Source of the DNA: an uncultured Verrucomicrobiae bacterium
Lineage (GTDB): Bacteria; Verrucomicrobiota; Verrucomicrobiia; Palsa-1439
DNA: 64,000 bases
Reading direction: 5' to 3'
NCBI GenBank assembly: GCA_963812605.1
Contig: CAWEWF010000008.1
Coordinates: forward strand, 32,001 to 96,000
The notes under the pieces were generated by a model. It saw only the letters and a program-made list of their open reading frames with translations. It ran no database searches and was not told the origin of the DNA. Positions 50,882 through 61,829 of the stretch are shown here, one piece after another (position 1 is the stretch's first letter; each line of letters begins with the position of its first letter). Position numbers and translations under genes: made by a program.

Positions 50882-53800
50882 ATGGCCGATCAGCCATCAC
50901 GCGAGGAGCAAATCTTCAACACCCTGTTGCAATTTGCGACACGGGAGGAACGCGCTGCCTACCTCAAGGGCGCATGCGCGGGTGACGCGGCACTGCTCCA
51001 GCGCGTCCAAGCACTGCTGCAGACGCACGAGCAGGCTGGCGCCTCTATCGATCCCGATGTGACCGTCAAATCCACGCTGTCGCCGGGAATGCCCGTAGCC
51101 GAACCTATTACCGAGAAGGCCGGTGACCACATCAATCGCTACAAGCTGCTTCAGGAAATCGGCGAAGGCGGCTGTGGCGTCGTGTACATGGCCGAGCAGG
51201 AGGAGCCGGTCCGCCGCCGCGTCGCGCTCAAGATCATCAAGCTTGGGATGGACACCAAACAGATTGTCGCCCGCTTTGAGGCCGAGCGGCAGGCGTTGGC
51301 CTTGATGGATCATTCCAACATCGCCAAGGTCTTTGATGCCGGTACGACCGAGACCGGTCGACCGTTTTTCGTAATGGAATTGGTACGCGGCGTGCCGATC
51401 ACCGAGTACTGCGACAAGAACAACTTGACCACGCACGAGCGGCTCGAACTGTTCATCCTCATCTGCAAGGCCATCCAGCATGCACACCAGAAGGGCATAA
51501 TCCACCGCGACATTAAACCGTCGAACATCCTCGTCACGTTGCACGACGGCGTGCCTGTGCCCAAGGTGATTGACTTCGGTATTGCCAAGGCCATCGAGCA
51601 GCCGTTGACCGAGAAGACTTTGTTCACGCGCTTCGAACAATTCATCGGCACACCGGCGTACATGAGTCCTGAGCAGGCGGAGATGAGCGGCCTGGACATT
51701 GATACCCGCAGCGACATCTACGCGCTGGGCGTGCTGCTCTACGAGTTACTGACCGGCAAACCGCCGTTCGACCCGGACACACTGGTCAAGTCCGGCCTCG
51801 ACGCCATGCGCCGCACCATCCGCGAGGTTGACCCGCCGCGCCCGTCAACACGGTTGACCACCCTGACCGATCCCGACCTCACGACCGTTGCCAGGCAGCG
51901 CCGCATAGAGCCGGCCAAGCTTTCAGCGTTGGTCCGTGGCGATCTTGACTGGATCGTGATGAAGGCCATGGAGAAGGACCGCACCCGAAGGTACGACACG
52001 GCCAACAGCCTGGCGATGGACATTCAACGCCATCTGCAAAATGAACCAGTCGCCGCCCGTCCCCCGAGCAACTTGTACCGATTCCAGAAACTGGTCCGAC
52101 GCAACAAGTTGGTCTTTGCCGCTGCCAGTTCCGTGACGGCGGCGCTAATCATTGGATTGGGGCTTTCCACATGGCTGTTCGTGAAAGAAAGGGAAGCACA
52201 TCGACACACTCAGGCCGCTGAACGCGAACAAGATCGTATGCGCCAGATGGCGCAGCAGGCCCAAGCAGACGAAGCCCAACTTCGCCGCCAAGCCAAAACC
52301 CAGGAACTTGTCGCTCGGCAAAAGACCTACGGGTCGGACATGCTGCTCGTCCAGCAGGCGCTTGCTGCGGACAACCTTGGTCGCGCACGAGAGCTGTTGG
52401 ATAGCCATCGTCCCCGGCCAGGCGAAGAGGATTTGCGCGGTTGGGAATGGCGCTACCTGTGGCAGTTCTGCAAGGACGACGCTCTCTTGCTCTGCCAGCG
52501 CTCTAACTCGGTCATCACATCGGTTTCTTTTTCGAGCGATGGTGCCTTGCTGGCAGTGGGAACGCGCACCGGCGAAGTCACGGTCTGGGACCTCGCCGCT
52601 CGGCAGTTGGTGTTTCGCCTACAATCTGCCGACGATCCGTCTAAACTCGCCTTTGCGCTCAATACTGACTTGCTCGCATATTGTGACCAGACCAACGTTG
52701 TGCTCTGGAGCAGTCGCACACGCAGGGAAGTACATCGGTTGCAGACAAGCGGCAACGTTCGAGAATTGGTGTTTACCACAGATGGTCGCTTGTTCACCGC
52801 CTGCCCGGGAGTCACTACGCTCTGGGACGTGGAGAGTGGCGGCGTTGTGAGTAATTTCATGGGGCCGCCTGCTTATCGCCCCCTGGGCACGCTGTTCAAT
52901 GCTACCAGTGACGGGCACACGTTCGCGCACGCCGCTGGTCTTCATGGTGTGCGGGTTGTGGATACAGCGGACGGGAGCAACGAGTGGAGGTTAAAGGCGA
53001 CGGAGGAAACAGTTGGGGCTATCGCGTTCTCGCGTGATGGTCGACTTCTGGCCACCGGTACAGCACACGCCGTAGGCACCATCAAACTCTGGAATGTTCA
53101 AAGCCATCAGCTCGTAGGTACTCTGGAGGGCCAGCGGAACTGGATCTGTTGGCTGAGGTTTCTGCCTGACGGCAAAACGCTTGCCTCCGCTGGCGCGGAG
53201 GGAACCGTCCGACTGTGGAACCTTGATACTCGTCAACCACTGAGGACACTCAGCGGTCATCCAGGGCAGGCATCGGCGATCGATGTGTCGCCAGACGGTC
53301 GCTGGCTGGCAAGGGGCTGCCAGGACGGCTCCGTGTTCCTATGGGGCCTTGATTCATCAACGAACCGGCCCCCGGTATATTGCACGCTCCTGTCGGATGA
53401 GATTAAGCAGTGGAGCTATTCGCCGGATAATCGGCTTATTGGTACGCTGCAAAACGGTCGTGTGAAACTCTACGATGCCACAACCCTCCATCTCGCCCTC
53501 GCGCCAGCCCTCTTGCCAACGAACTTCACGGCGTTCACCTTCTCACCAGACACGCGATTGCTTGCCGCAATGGCAACGGATGGGAAGCTATGCGTCTGGG
53601 ATTTGCCCGGGCCAACGTTTGCTGACAAACTTTGTCGCACACCCGACTAACGCGGGTTTCCTCGACCCCGTCTTTATTTCTGGCGGCAAGCAACTGTTGA
53701 CCTGGGGAGGAGATTACGTGGCCAAGGAGTGGGACGTTGAAACGTGGCGGGAAATAAGCCACTGGCAGGTGTCCCCGGACTTCAACATGTCCGCCACTTG

Positions 53801-54332
53801 TCCAGCCACAAACCTTGTTGTCATGGCCGGTCGGAACGGCCGGATAGAGCTGATTGCACTCAACGATCCCGAACTGCGTCGGCATTTCAACAGTCAGGAC
53901 CTTCTCCGCGACATTAAACTCTCGACAGACGGGAAAACGCTGGCAACTGCGAGCGAAAACGGGACGATGGAATTCTGGAATGTCGAGACCACGACGCGTA
54001 CCGGTTGGTTGCGGGCCACCAGGATCGGCCTGCATTCGGAGGCGATTTCGCCCAGGATCGCCATGTATTCGGTGGCTTTTTCGCCCGATGGCCGACGTGT
54101 AATTGCCGGCAACGATGGCAAACGCGCAATCACGATTTGGGATGTCAACTCCCAGCAGGAGGTCACGACATTGGAGGGCAAGGGATTAAACTTTTCCAAT
54201 GCCGCGTTCTCTCCCGATGGCAATACGATTGGTGCTCGCAATCGGAATGGCGTACTGCACCTCTGGCGTGCGCCGTCATGGGCGGAGATTGAAGCGACGG
54301 AACGGGTCGGGCCAAACGCACCATCGCCTTGA
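50882..54332 (+). CDS. Ser/Thr protein kinase with TM helix and WD40 repeats (frame break near 53610)
   Basis: GEGGCG, VALK, HRDIKPSN, DFG, GTPAYMSPE, RGWEWRYL, WD40 repeats. Confidence 0.92.
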
Positions 54333-54377
54333 TTTCGACAACTAATTCCACCTCTCTGTCCCTTCTCTTCCTGATGC

Positions 54378-54404
54378 TACTACCGCGTGCGGCTGGTGCC
54401 GTAG
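54378..54404 (+). pseudogene. Orphan 3' end of an FYR-domain gene
   Basis: YYRVRLVP* preceded by an in-frame stop; resembles FYHIRLVP* at 50148-50174. Confidence 0.55.
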
Positions 54405-54420
54405 GCGGCTCTCGACCTTG

Positions 54421-54572
54421 CGACGGGTGAGACAACGGCAAAGGAGTGACGGGGCTCGAAGCCGACCCCTTTCGCAATTTTCCTAAAGAATTTGAGGGGA
54501 AATACCGGCAAGTTCACAAAGGGGCTCGCACGTTTTGTTCCCAGATTGTCCCGGATTGTCGCGGGTTGTGGC
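54421..54572 (+). mobile_element. Degenerate tRNA-like / att remnant with arm-type repeats
   Basis: GGGCTCGAAGCCGACCCCTTTCGCAA resembles a tRNA-Ser T-arm and acceptor; TTGTYCC-like repeats at about 10-bp period, 54534-54572. Confidence 0.4.
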
Positions 54573-54643
54573 ATTGAGGCTCTCGTCGCCGCCGGCCACT
54601 GCACCACAACTGGACTACCTATAAGTATGGCTTTTTCTCGGAA

Positions 54644-57317
54644 CTACGAACCAGGCACCTCAGCAAAAGCCAGAATGTTGGTGCCGGTGTCGGTGGTAAA
54701 AATAAAAGTACCCGCTTGGTCCCCGGTGAACTTCTGGCTCTTGATCTTCAGTGTGACCGACTTGCCCGCCTTCAGCACTTTCACCGCCTTCGCCACAGGA
54801 GGCAGACCCGAGTTCGGATCGAAACTGCTGCCTTGCTCCAACCACAACAGAACTTCAGACCTTCCGCTGTCCATCGCGCCGCCATTGTCAACGGCCAGAT
54901 TGAACGCGACGGTGCAAGTGGTGTTGGTCGTCTCTGTCTTCTTATCGAACTTCATCTTGCAAGTCTGCCTCACATCGCCAATGGTAACACTCACTGGACT
55001 GGATTCTGCCTGATCAATCATGAACGTTTGTCCGCTTACGATGATTGTGCCCGTGCGCGCGCTGGCATTGGTGTTGCCGTCAACCCCGTAGTCAATCGTC
55101 CCGTTTCCAGAACCGCTGCCGCCGGAGGCAATGGTGATCCAATCAGCAGTTGTAGCAGCCGTCCACGTGCAGCCGGCGCCAGCAATCAGATTGACGCTAC
55201 CAGCCGTCGCCGTCGCGCCTATCCGGACCGTACTGGCCGAGAACGCGTACGAGCATCCCGTCATAGGTATGCTCACAGCCACACTCACCACCGCCGACGT
55301 GGCGACATTGTTGGACACATCGTAGGCCAGAGCGGTCCACTGATGCATGCCGTTGTCCGAATCGCTGAACGTCCAATCATAAACGTACGGCGGCGCCGAA
55401 GCCGTTCCCACCAGCGCGCCGTCTTCATCGAACTCGACCTGGTTCACCGCCGCGCTGTCCTGTACCGTGGCCGCGATGGTGACGGTTTGCGCGTTCGTAT
55501 AAATCGTTCCGCCGGTGGGACTGGTAATCGTTACGGACGGGGTTATGTGACTCAGCCCGAGCGTGCTTGCCAAGTTGAGCCGGCCGCCAGTGGCTACCGT
55601 GCCACTCAGACCGGCAATCAGGGTCGATGTTCTGCAAAATGCGTTGGACCCGTTGCGATGAGGTTTCCGACGGATAGATCGCGGCGTCAAACGCCACCGC
55701 GCCAGTTACGTGCGGCGTCGCCATCGAGGTTCCATCGAGATATTCGTATATTTGTGTCGGATCGAACTGGTTGACCACCGTGGCGGTCGTTGGCAAGGCC
55801 GCTAATAGCGTCTGGCCGTCGGCTTGCGACAAGGAAACCGCGGGAATCCAGGAACTGGCTGTAATCAGCGTGCCAGTGAAGTTGCCGGACACGTTATTGT
55901 AAATGATCGCCGCCCTGGCTCCGGCCGCGATCGCGTTGGCCACTTTGTTGGAGAACGTCAGCGTGCCACGCTGGATCAATGCGATGTTGCCATTGACCGC
56001 CGCGGGGAAATCGGACGGGTTTCCCAGCCCGCAGCTATAAACGGTCGCGGTGATGCCGGTGGTCGTGCCCGCGTAGGTCAACCCGTTGTCGAAATAAGTA
56101 TTGCTCGCTTGGTTCACCACCCCGGTGGTGACCGAAAACCAGGTCGGTATGGTTGACAGGATATTCACCCCCGGTGAACCCAAGTCCACGGTCCCGACGC
56201 CGTAATTCGAGAAGCTGGCCAAAGCATCATTTTGGTCCGTGGCAGCCACCACAATCATGTTAGGCAATCGGTAACTGGCCGGATAGGTTGGCGTCGTGTC
56301 ATTGTCAGCACTGTCATTACCGGCGGCGGTGCAAAACACGATGCCCGCATCCCCAGCCGCTTGGATCGCATCGCTTTCCGTCGTGCTGGAACCTCCGCCG
56401 CCAAACGACGCGTTAATCGCCGCAATGTTCACTCCCCCATTTTTCATCATCGTCGCGTACTGGATGGCTTCGATGACCGCCGAGTCGGCAAACGACGAGC
56501 CGTCGGCGGAGGCTTTCAGCGCCATCAGTTTGGCCTGGTAAGCGACGCCAATAATGCCTACAGCGTTGTTGCCCGTCGCCGCAATGGTGCCGGATACGTG
56601 CGTGCCGTGATAGCCCGAATCAATCGGGTCACCCACTTGGTCGGCAAAATCGTAGCCGTAATAGTCGCCCACGTAACTATCGCCCGCGATTCCACCAGGG
56701 TTGCGCCACATGTTGCTGACCAGGTCGGGATGCGTGTAATCAATCCCTGTGTCGATCACCGCCACGACCACGCCCGTGCTGGAAGAAAATCCCACGAGGT
56801 TCCAAGCGGCGACAAAGTCGATATCGGCGCCGGCTGTGCCGTTCGTGCCGTTGATGGCCTGCCCTGTATTCTGCAGGGCCCACAACTGCGGGAAGTCCGG
56901 GTCGTTAGGCAAAGCGAACGTCCAGCGAAAATAATTTGGCTCGACCGTCTCGATCATCGAATCCCGCTTTAGCTCATCAATCAGCGCCGCCGTTGTTCGG
57001 TCCTTGGCGCGGACCAATCCCGAATCCCGGTGAATGTGTTCGGAAAGCCAGTCAAAATGCCGTGCCCACGCCAACCCATGCGCTCCGAGAACTGCTTTCG
57101 TCGTCGCAAAATCGACGGAGTCCTTGAACCTCACGAGGACTTCGCCTTCAACGTATGCCGTGGCCGGGTGCGAAGCATCGGCCTCGCCAGTAAGCCCGAC
57201 CAATGACAGCGCCAGGACCGCGCCAACGATAAGGTGCAGGGGGTGCCCAGCATTCAAAAGCCAATGGCCCGGGCGATCGTTGCATCGCTTCTCTTGATTG
57301 TAATTCCCTAAAACCAT
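54644..57317 (-). CDS. S8 subtilisin-like peptidase with PA, Ig-like and BACON domains (frame break near 55620)
   Basis: VIDTG, HGTHVSG, AAGN, GTSMATPHV; IALIQRG (PA); CTWTA....WITI..N...ARTG (BACON). Confidence 0.9.
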
Positions 57318-57790
57318 AACTGCCTCGCCAACAGCCGCTGCAATCCAGAAGGTGTTGGGTATCGCGAAGTTTCAACGTGACCAAGGAACTCGCCCTGGGT
57401 GATTTTCCTTGCGCACGCGCTCCTGGCGAGGTGCTACCCATCGCTCGCAAATCAATGTTATTCTACGTGTCGGGCCTTGTCAACGAAGACCTACTGCGCA
57501 GAGCGTGGGTCGGTTGCCATGATCGCTTTCTGCTGCGTTAGGAGGTCTCAGCGGCGTTCCCGATGGATTCGGGTTTCAGATTATCACCGAGCGAACAGCC
57601 CGGTTGACAATCACCACTCTCACTGTGACTGGCTTCTATCCGCTAGCGGGTTGACAATATGCCAGGCAACCGTAATGGCAATGATAAAGTGGATAATGTC
57701 CGCAGCAGCTCAAATGAATGGGGTTAACAGTTGGGAGCCACGTGAACGCAATGTGGGGCATCATGCCGCCCGCCACGGAAGATTGAGTCG

Positions 57791-58135
57791 CTAAAAGGTC
57801 TCCCCGTTCCAGCCCCACATGCTCGGCTTGATGTCGGCGAAATTGATGTAAACCCTGTCCTTGCGGATTCCGGTTTGCGATTCCACCAACCCGCAGAGTA
57901 GTTGTGACAACTTGCCGGTCTTCGATTCCGGCAATTCGATGCCACGCAACTCAAGGAAGGCGCACAGCTCTTCCGTGCCCGCGAACTGCATCTGCACGGG
58001 GGATTCGACGGACACCATCACGTACTGCTCGGGCTTGCCGAGTTCAAGGGCAACCATCTTGGATGCGGTCTTCAACAGGTTGTGCTTCCGTTCGGCATCG
58101 AGGGTCTTGCTGGTTGTGATTTTCAAGTATGGCAT
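57791..58135 (-). CDS. MIF / phenylpyruvate tautomerase family protein
   Basis: N-terminal Pro (MPYLKITT), LGKPEQYVMV, RVYINF, WGWNG; AAGGAG RBS. Confidence 0.92.
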   Translation of the reverse strand: MPYLKITTSKTLDAERKHNLLKTASKMVALELGKPEQYVMVSVESPVQMQFAGTEELCAFLELRGIELPESKTGKLSQLLCGLVESQTGIRKDRVYINFADIKPSMWGWNGETF

Positions 58136-58182
58136 GGTCGCTCCTTCTTGCTGTTATGCTGCGATCCTACTCTTTACCGTAT

Positions 58183-59133
58183 CTACAGATCGAGCAGCTC
58201 GGGATACCCCTTGATACACCATTGCCGGAACAAGTCCACATCCTCATCGGTCGCGGATCGGTACGGCGCACGGTTGTGCAGGCTGGTTCGCAGAAAGCCA
58301 GTTGCCCGTGCTCCCATCCGAGCGTACGCTGTGTCGCTGAACCCCTTGGTTCCAAACTCCCCATCGAGAAACTTCAACAGGGAGCGAATCCGTCCGCGTG
58401 CGATTCCTAGCGTCACCCAATCTTTGTTCTGCAGACTTTTCCAGAGTCCGAGGATCAGGCGCGGGTTCCAGCACACCATCATGCTGCAACTTCCCACGGC
58501 ACCCCTGGGTCCGAGCGCCGACCACAGTTCCTCGTGGACCAGGACATTGACGAACCGCGCCAAAGTTTGACAGCCGGCCGGCGTGGCTCCCACTGTGTCG
58601 TTCGTGGCATGGACCGCCGCGTAGGAGGGGACCGCATCCTTGATCTCCTGGTGCTGGCGAACCGTCAGTAGTTTTTTCGCCCGCAGTGTCTCCTCGAACA
58701 CGATCGGCAAGCCGTCGGCCACCGCAGCCACCTCTTGGAAGAAGGGCACGATCTGATCATCACCCACCTCCAGCCAGAATGGCAGAGCCACCATGATCAC
58801 CGCCGCGCCCAATTCCACCGCCCTTTCAACACGATGGACCACCCCCCGTGTATGCGTCGCCGTACAACCGATCATGACCGGTTTGCCGTGGGCATCGCAC
58901 TCTTCAATGGTGGCACGGGTCACGGCACGGAACTCATCCTGCTCGAGTGCATAAAATTCCCCCGTTGTTCCTCCCATGCAGATCCCAGGGACGCCCGCCA
59001 CGCAACACTTCGTCACGTCGGCGCGATAGGTCGTCTCATCAAAGCCATCGTCGGGCGACCAGGCAACCGGCAGAGCAGCCCATGGTCCGAACAGAGAATT
59101 CCTTGAGGACTCCGGTCGGCGAGGGATGTTCAT
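58183..59133 (-). CDS. DapA/NAL aldolase-family protein with altered catalytic residues
   Basis: GGTTGEF, MIGC..T, ALPFW; expected Tyr and Lys positions read E and H. Confidence 0.8.
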   Translation of the reverse strand: MNIPRRPESSRNSLFGPWAALPVAWSPDDGFDETTYRADVTKCCVAGVPGICMGGTTGEFYALEQDEFRAVTRATIEECDAHGKPVMIGCTATHTRGVVHRVERAVELGAAVIMVALPFWLEVGDDQIVPFFQEVAAVADGLPIVFEETLRAKKLLTVRQHQEIKDAVPSYAAVHATNDTVGATPAGCQTLARFVNVLVHEELWSALGPRGAVGSCSMMVCWNPRLILGLWKSLQNKDWVTLGIARGRIRSLLKFLDGEFGTKGFSDTAYARMGARATGFLRTSLHNRAPYRSATDEDVDLFRQWCIKGYPELLDL

Positions 59134-59179
59134 GGATGCTGTTCCGAATATTCAGGCAGTCCAACTGAGATTTTTATCA

Positions 59180-60037
59180 TCAAGCCCACAAGGGTTCAGC
59201 CGCCTGCGATTGGAGCATGGCCTGCATCTGGCCAGAAGAAGGAACCTGATCAAAACAACTGGCTGCCGCCAACACCTTGGGTAAAACGTGAATATCCCCG
59301 GGCGTATTGATAAAGGCACCCGAACGGCCCATCGCCCAATGGATGGCCAGATCCATCGAAGCCTGGTCCGTGAACGGTTCGTACCAAGTCGCAGCAAAAT
59401 GAGATTGATCGCGCCAGGGTCGGCGTTGGGCAGTTTTGATCAACTGCACAGCAACGTTCTTGGTTTGAGCCAAAGCGTATAAAGCCTCAAAATCAGCGGC
59501 GTAAGCTGGATTCTGCATCAACATGAAATTATAGGGCAGCAGTACCGAATCAAAATCGAACGTCTCCAGACTGCGCTTGTGAATTATCGGCGCATGCAAT
59601 GTATGGCTGGTAATGCCGACGTAGCGCACCAGTCCCTGTTGCCTGGCCTCCACCACTGCCGCCAACGCCCCGCCAGGCCCTAAGGCCAGTTCCCATTCAT
59701 CATCCTCAATCACCGCGTGGAGTTGGATTAGATCCAGATGGTCGGTCTGTAAGCGTTCCAGCGAGCGGTGGATGGATGCTTTCGCTTCTTGATAGGTACG
59801 ATCGCCCGTCTTAGAGGCGAGAAAAAACTCATTGCGGTGGCGTGCGATCCACGGTCCCAAGCGGAGTTCAGCATCGCCATAAGACGCTGCTGTATCAATA
59901 TGATTAACCCCATATTTGAATAACACTTCCATCGTCTGGTCAGCCTCTGCCTGGCTCACCTGCGAGAAAGCGGCTGCACCAAATAAAGTCCGGGTGCTCA
60001 AATGCCCAGTGCGACCAAAGGCCAGTTTTGGTATCAT
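59180..60037 (-). CDS. Aldo/keto reductase
   Basis: FGRTGH, NHIDTAASYG, SLERLQTDHLDLIQLH. Confidence 0.9.
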   Translation of the reverse strand: MIPKLAFGRTGHLSTRTLFGAAAFSQVSQAEADQTMEVLFKYGVNHIDTAASYGDAELRLGPWIARHRNEFFLASKTGDRTYQEAKASIHRSLERLQTDHLDLIQLHAVIEDDEWELALGPGGALAAVVEARQQGLVRYVGITSHTLHAPIIHKRSLETFDFDSVLLPYNFMLMQNPAYAADFEALYALAQTKNVAVQLIKTAQRRPWRDQSHFAATWYEPFTDQASMDLAIHWAMGRSGAFINTPGDIHVLPKVLAAASCFDQVPSSGQMQAMLQSQAAEPLWA

Positions 60038-60114
60038 ATATTTTTCCTGTTCTTCATTTCACAACCTCGACCCGAATCTTGTCCCTGTCACGAATAGATT
60101 TCAGCATGCGAGGA

Positions 60115-61116
60115 TCATGGTGTCCTTCCGAACTCCGGCACGGAGGCTGCCATTGGGTCTTGGTTCAGCAGCAACTCCAACGCCTGTTGCAGGGTCAGAT
60201 CATCCGGCATGCGGCGGAAATCGCTCGCCTTGGTCACTGAATCGACGCGGCTGTTGATCAGTAGCAATCGCCTGTTGGTGAAGTGTAATCCCAATGTTGT
60301 AAGCGCCCACTGGTCATGCCATACAACTTCTTGTTCCAGCAAGAAACTGCCTCCGCCAGCGATGTGGTCAAAGATGCCCCAACCGAAATCAATATCCCGA
60401 TGCAGCCTGGCTTCTATCCGCACAAGCCGTTGCGTCGTCGAATCGATCAGTGCCGTCCCATTCATCCCTTGCAATACCCGCAATTCTGTGGAACGCGGAT
60501 GAAAGTCCGGGTTGGGACGGAATGTCACCAAGGCGAATGCGCGACCGGCGCTGTTTGTTTCGGCACCCGCATACTGGTAGAGGAATGCATCCGGCAGCGC
60601 TTGGATCACCCGGCGGGCGCGGGCATCGTCGGCGTGTTTGTCGGTTTGGAGTTTCACCAAACGGGCGGGATTCGACAGTAGATCGCGCAAGCGTTCCTCT
60701 TCCCGTCGCCTCCGCGTTGGAGTAAGCGGCTGACCGTTCTTGAGAATCAGGCGGCTGACTACCCCGTCGCGGGTCTCGACCATGATCCGGGTCTCCGAAC
60801 CTTGCGGCGTCTCTTCATGGACCCGGTACATATACTGGTCGCCCGAGTTGTTCGCCGCCAGTTCGTGAGCCACCGTCTCCCGCACCAGCTCGGCTGCCGG
60901 AACACTCGGAGACGGTGTTTGTGCTGCCGCTTGAAACGCCAGCAGCAGTAACGGAGCAAATGCCCCCCTCGTGAATGAGATATTCAACGGCTGAAATGTT
61001 ATACCAGCCGCGACCCCAACATCCTCTCCCAAAATCAAAGGCGCAATCCATTGAGGCTCCGCCACCAGATAATAAGTGGCATGAGGCAGAAACAACTTGC
61101 TGGAATGAAGCTCCAC
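60115..61116 (-). CDS. Hypothetical exported protein (true start probably near 60985)
   Basis: Signal-like LLLLAFQAAAQ; F.PNPDF.P..E..VL.GM.G, DIDFGWG motifs. Confidence 0.65.
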   Translation of the reverse strand: MELHSSKLFLPHATYYLVAEPQWIAPLILGEDVGVAAGITFQPLNISFTRGAFAPLLLLAFQAAAQTPSPSVPAAELVRETVAHELAANNSGDQYMYRVHEETPQGSETRIMVETRDGVVSRLILKNGQPLTPTRRRREEERLRDLLSNPARLVKLQTDKHADDARARRVIQALPDAFLYQYAGAETNSAGRAFALVTFRPNPDFHPRSTELRVLQGMNGTALIDSTTQRLVRIEARLHRDIDFGWGIFDHIAGGGSFLLEQEVVWHDQWALTTLGLHFTNRRLLLINSRVDSVTKASDFRRMPDDLTLQQALELLLNQDPMAASVPEFGRTP

Positions 61117-61698
61117 GCTATTCTTTGCAACATGAATACCCGCTTGTTATGGCTGGGATTGGCTTCGCTGTGCTTGCGTGGAGTGGCGGTCTTGCCGGCA
61201 CGGGCCGACACCAACGAGTTGGCGGTTGTCATCCAAGCGGACGGCACAGTGTCCCTGCCCGACGTGGCGGAAGTACCGGCGTACGGTTCGACTGGGAAAT
61301 GGACCGAGCTGCCGGGGAAATCGTCTGATCGGTATCTGTCGCGACACTTTATGTTCTTGATTCCGGATCATGCGCCAGCCTTGGAGCTGTATCTGGTGAG
61401 TGACCGGTCGGGGGAGAAGCCAGACGGCGCATTCGAGATGGGGTTGATCGGGGGCTACGTGAATGGCTTTGCTGGCAAGGCTGGGTTTACAGCCGACGAT
61501 CCGAAGTTTGAAAACTGCACGGTCGGCGCGACGAAGTTCAAGCGCTGTAAAGTGAAGCTGACCCACGACCAACGGACTCTTTGGGTTTATGGCTATATCT
61601 ACGTGAGGCAGCCGTCGCTGACATTTCTCTCCGTCCGCCCCGATCCGGATGCCCAAGCTGCCATCGAGCGTTATCTCGCCACTGTCCGTCTTCACTGA
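61105..61698 (+). CDS. Hypothetical exported protein
   Basis: Signal-like segment ending ARA-D; start uncertain (61051/61105/61132). Confidence 0.55.
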   Translation: MKLHAILCNMNTRLLWLGLASLCLRGVAVLPARADTNELAVVIQADGTVSLPDVAEVPAYGSTGKWTELPGKSSDRYLSRHFMFLIPDHAPALELYLVSDRSGEKPDGAFEMGLIGGYVNGFAGKAGFTADDPKFENCTVGATKFKRCKVKLTHDQRTLWVYGYIYVRQPSLTFLSVRPDPDAQAAIERYLATVRLH

Positions 61699-61829
61699 GC
61701 AAGTGGAAGTGCCACGAAGATGCACACCCGCACGGACGTAATGGCGCAAGCACTGGCCGGAAGGGTGGAAATCACAGCGATGCTGATTATGCTCACGGTG
61801 TTCAGTCTGGCGGGGAGCCTTCGCTTGTG

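Noticed and set aside
1961-57317. Frame breaks in at least 14 genes as programmed frameshifting, phase variation or mass pseudogenisation
   Set aside because: Breaks are scattered over unrelated genes, lack a shared slippery or repeat motif, and both halves keep intact motifs. Long-read indel error is the simplest explanation.
57636-57818. Cys/His-rich 60-aa ORF as a RiPP precursor or metallothionein
   Set aside because: It overlaps the MIF stop region, has no RBS or modifying enzymes, and more likely is degraded intergenic sequence.
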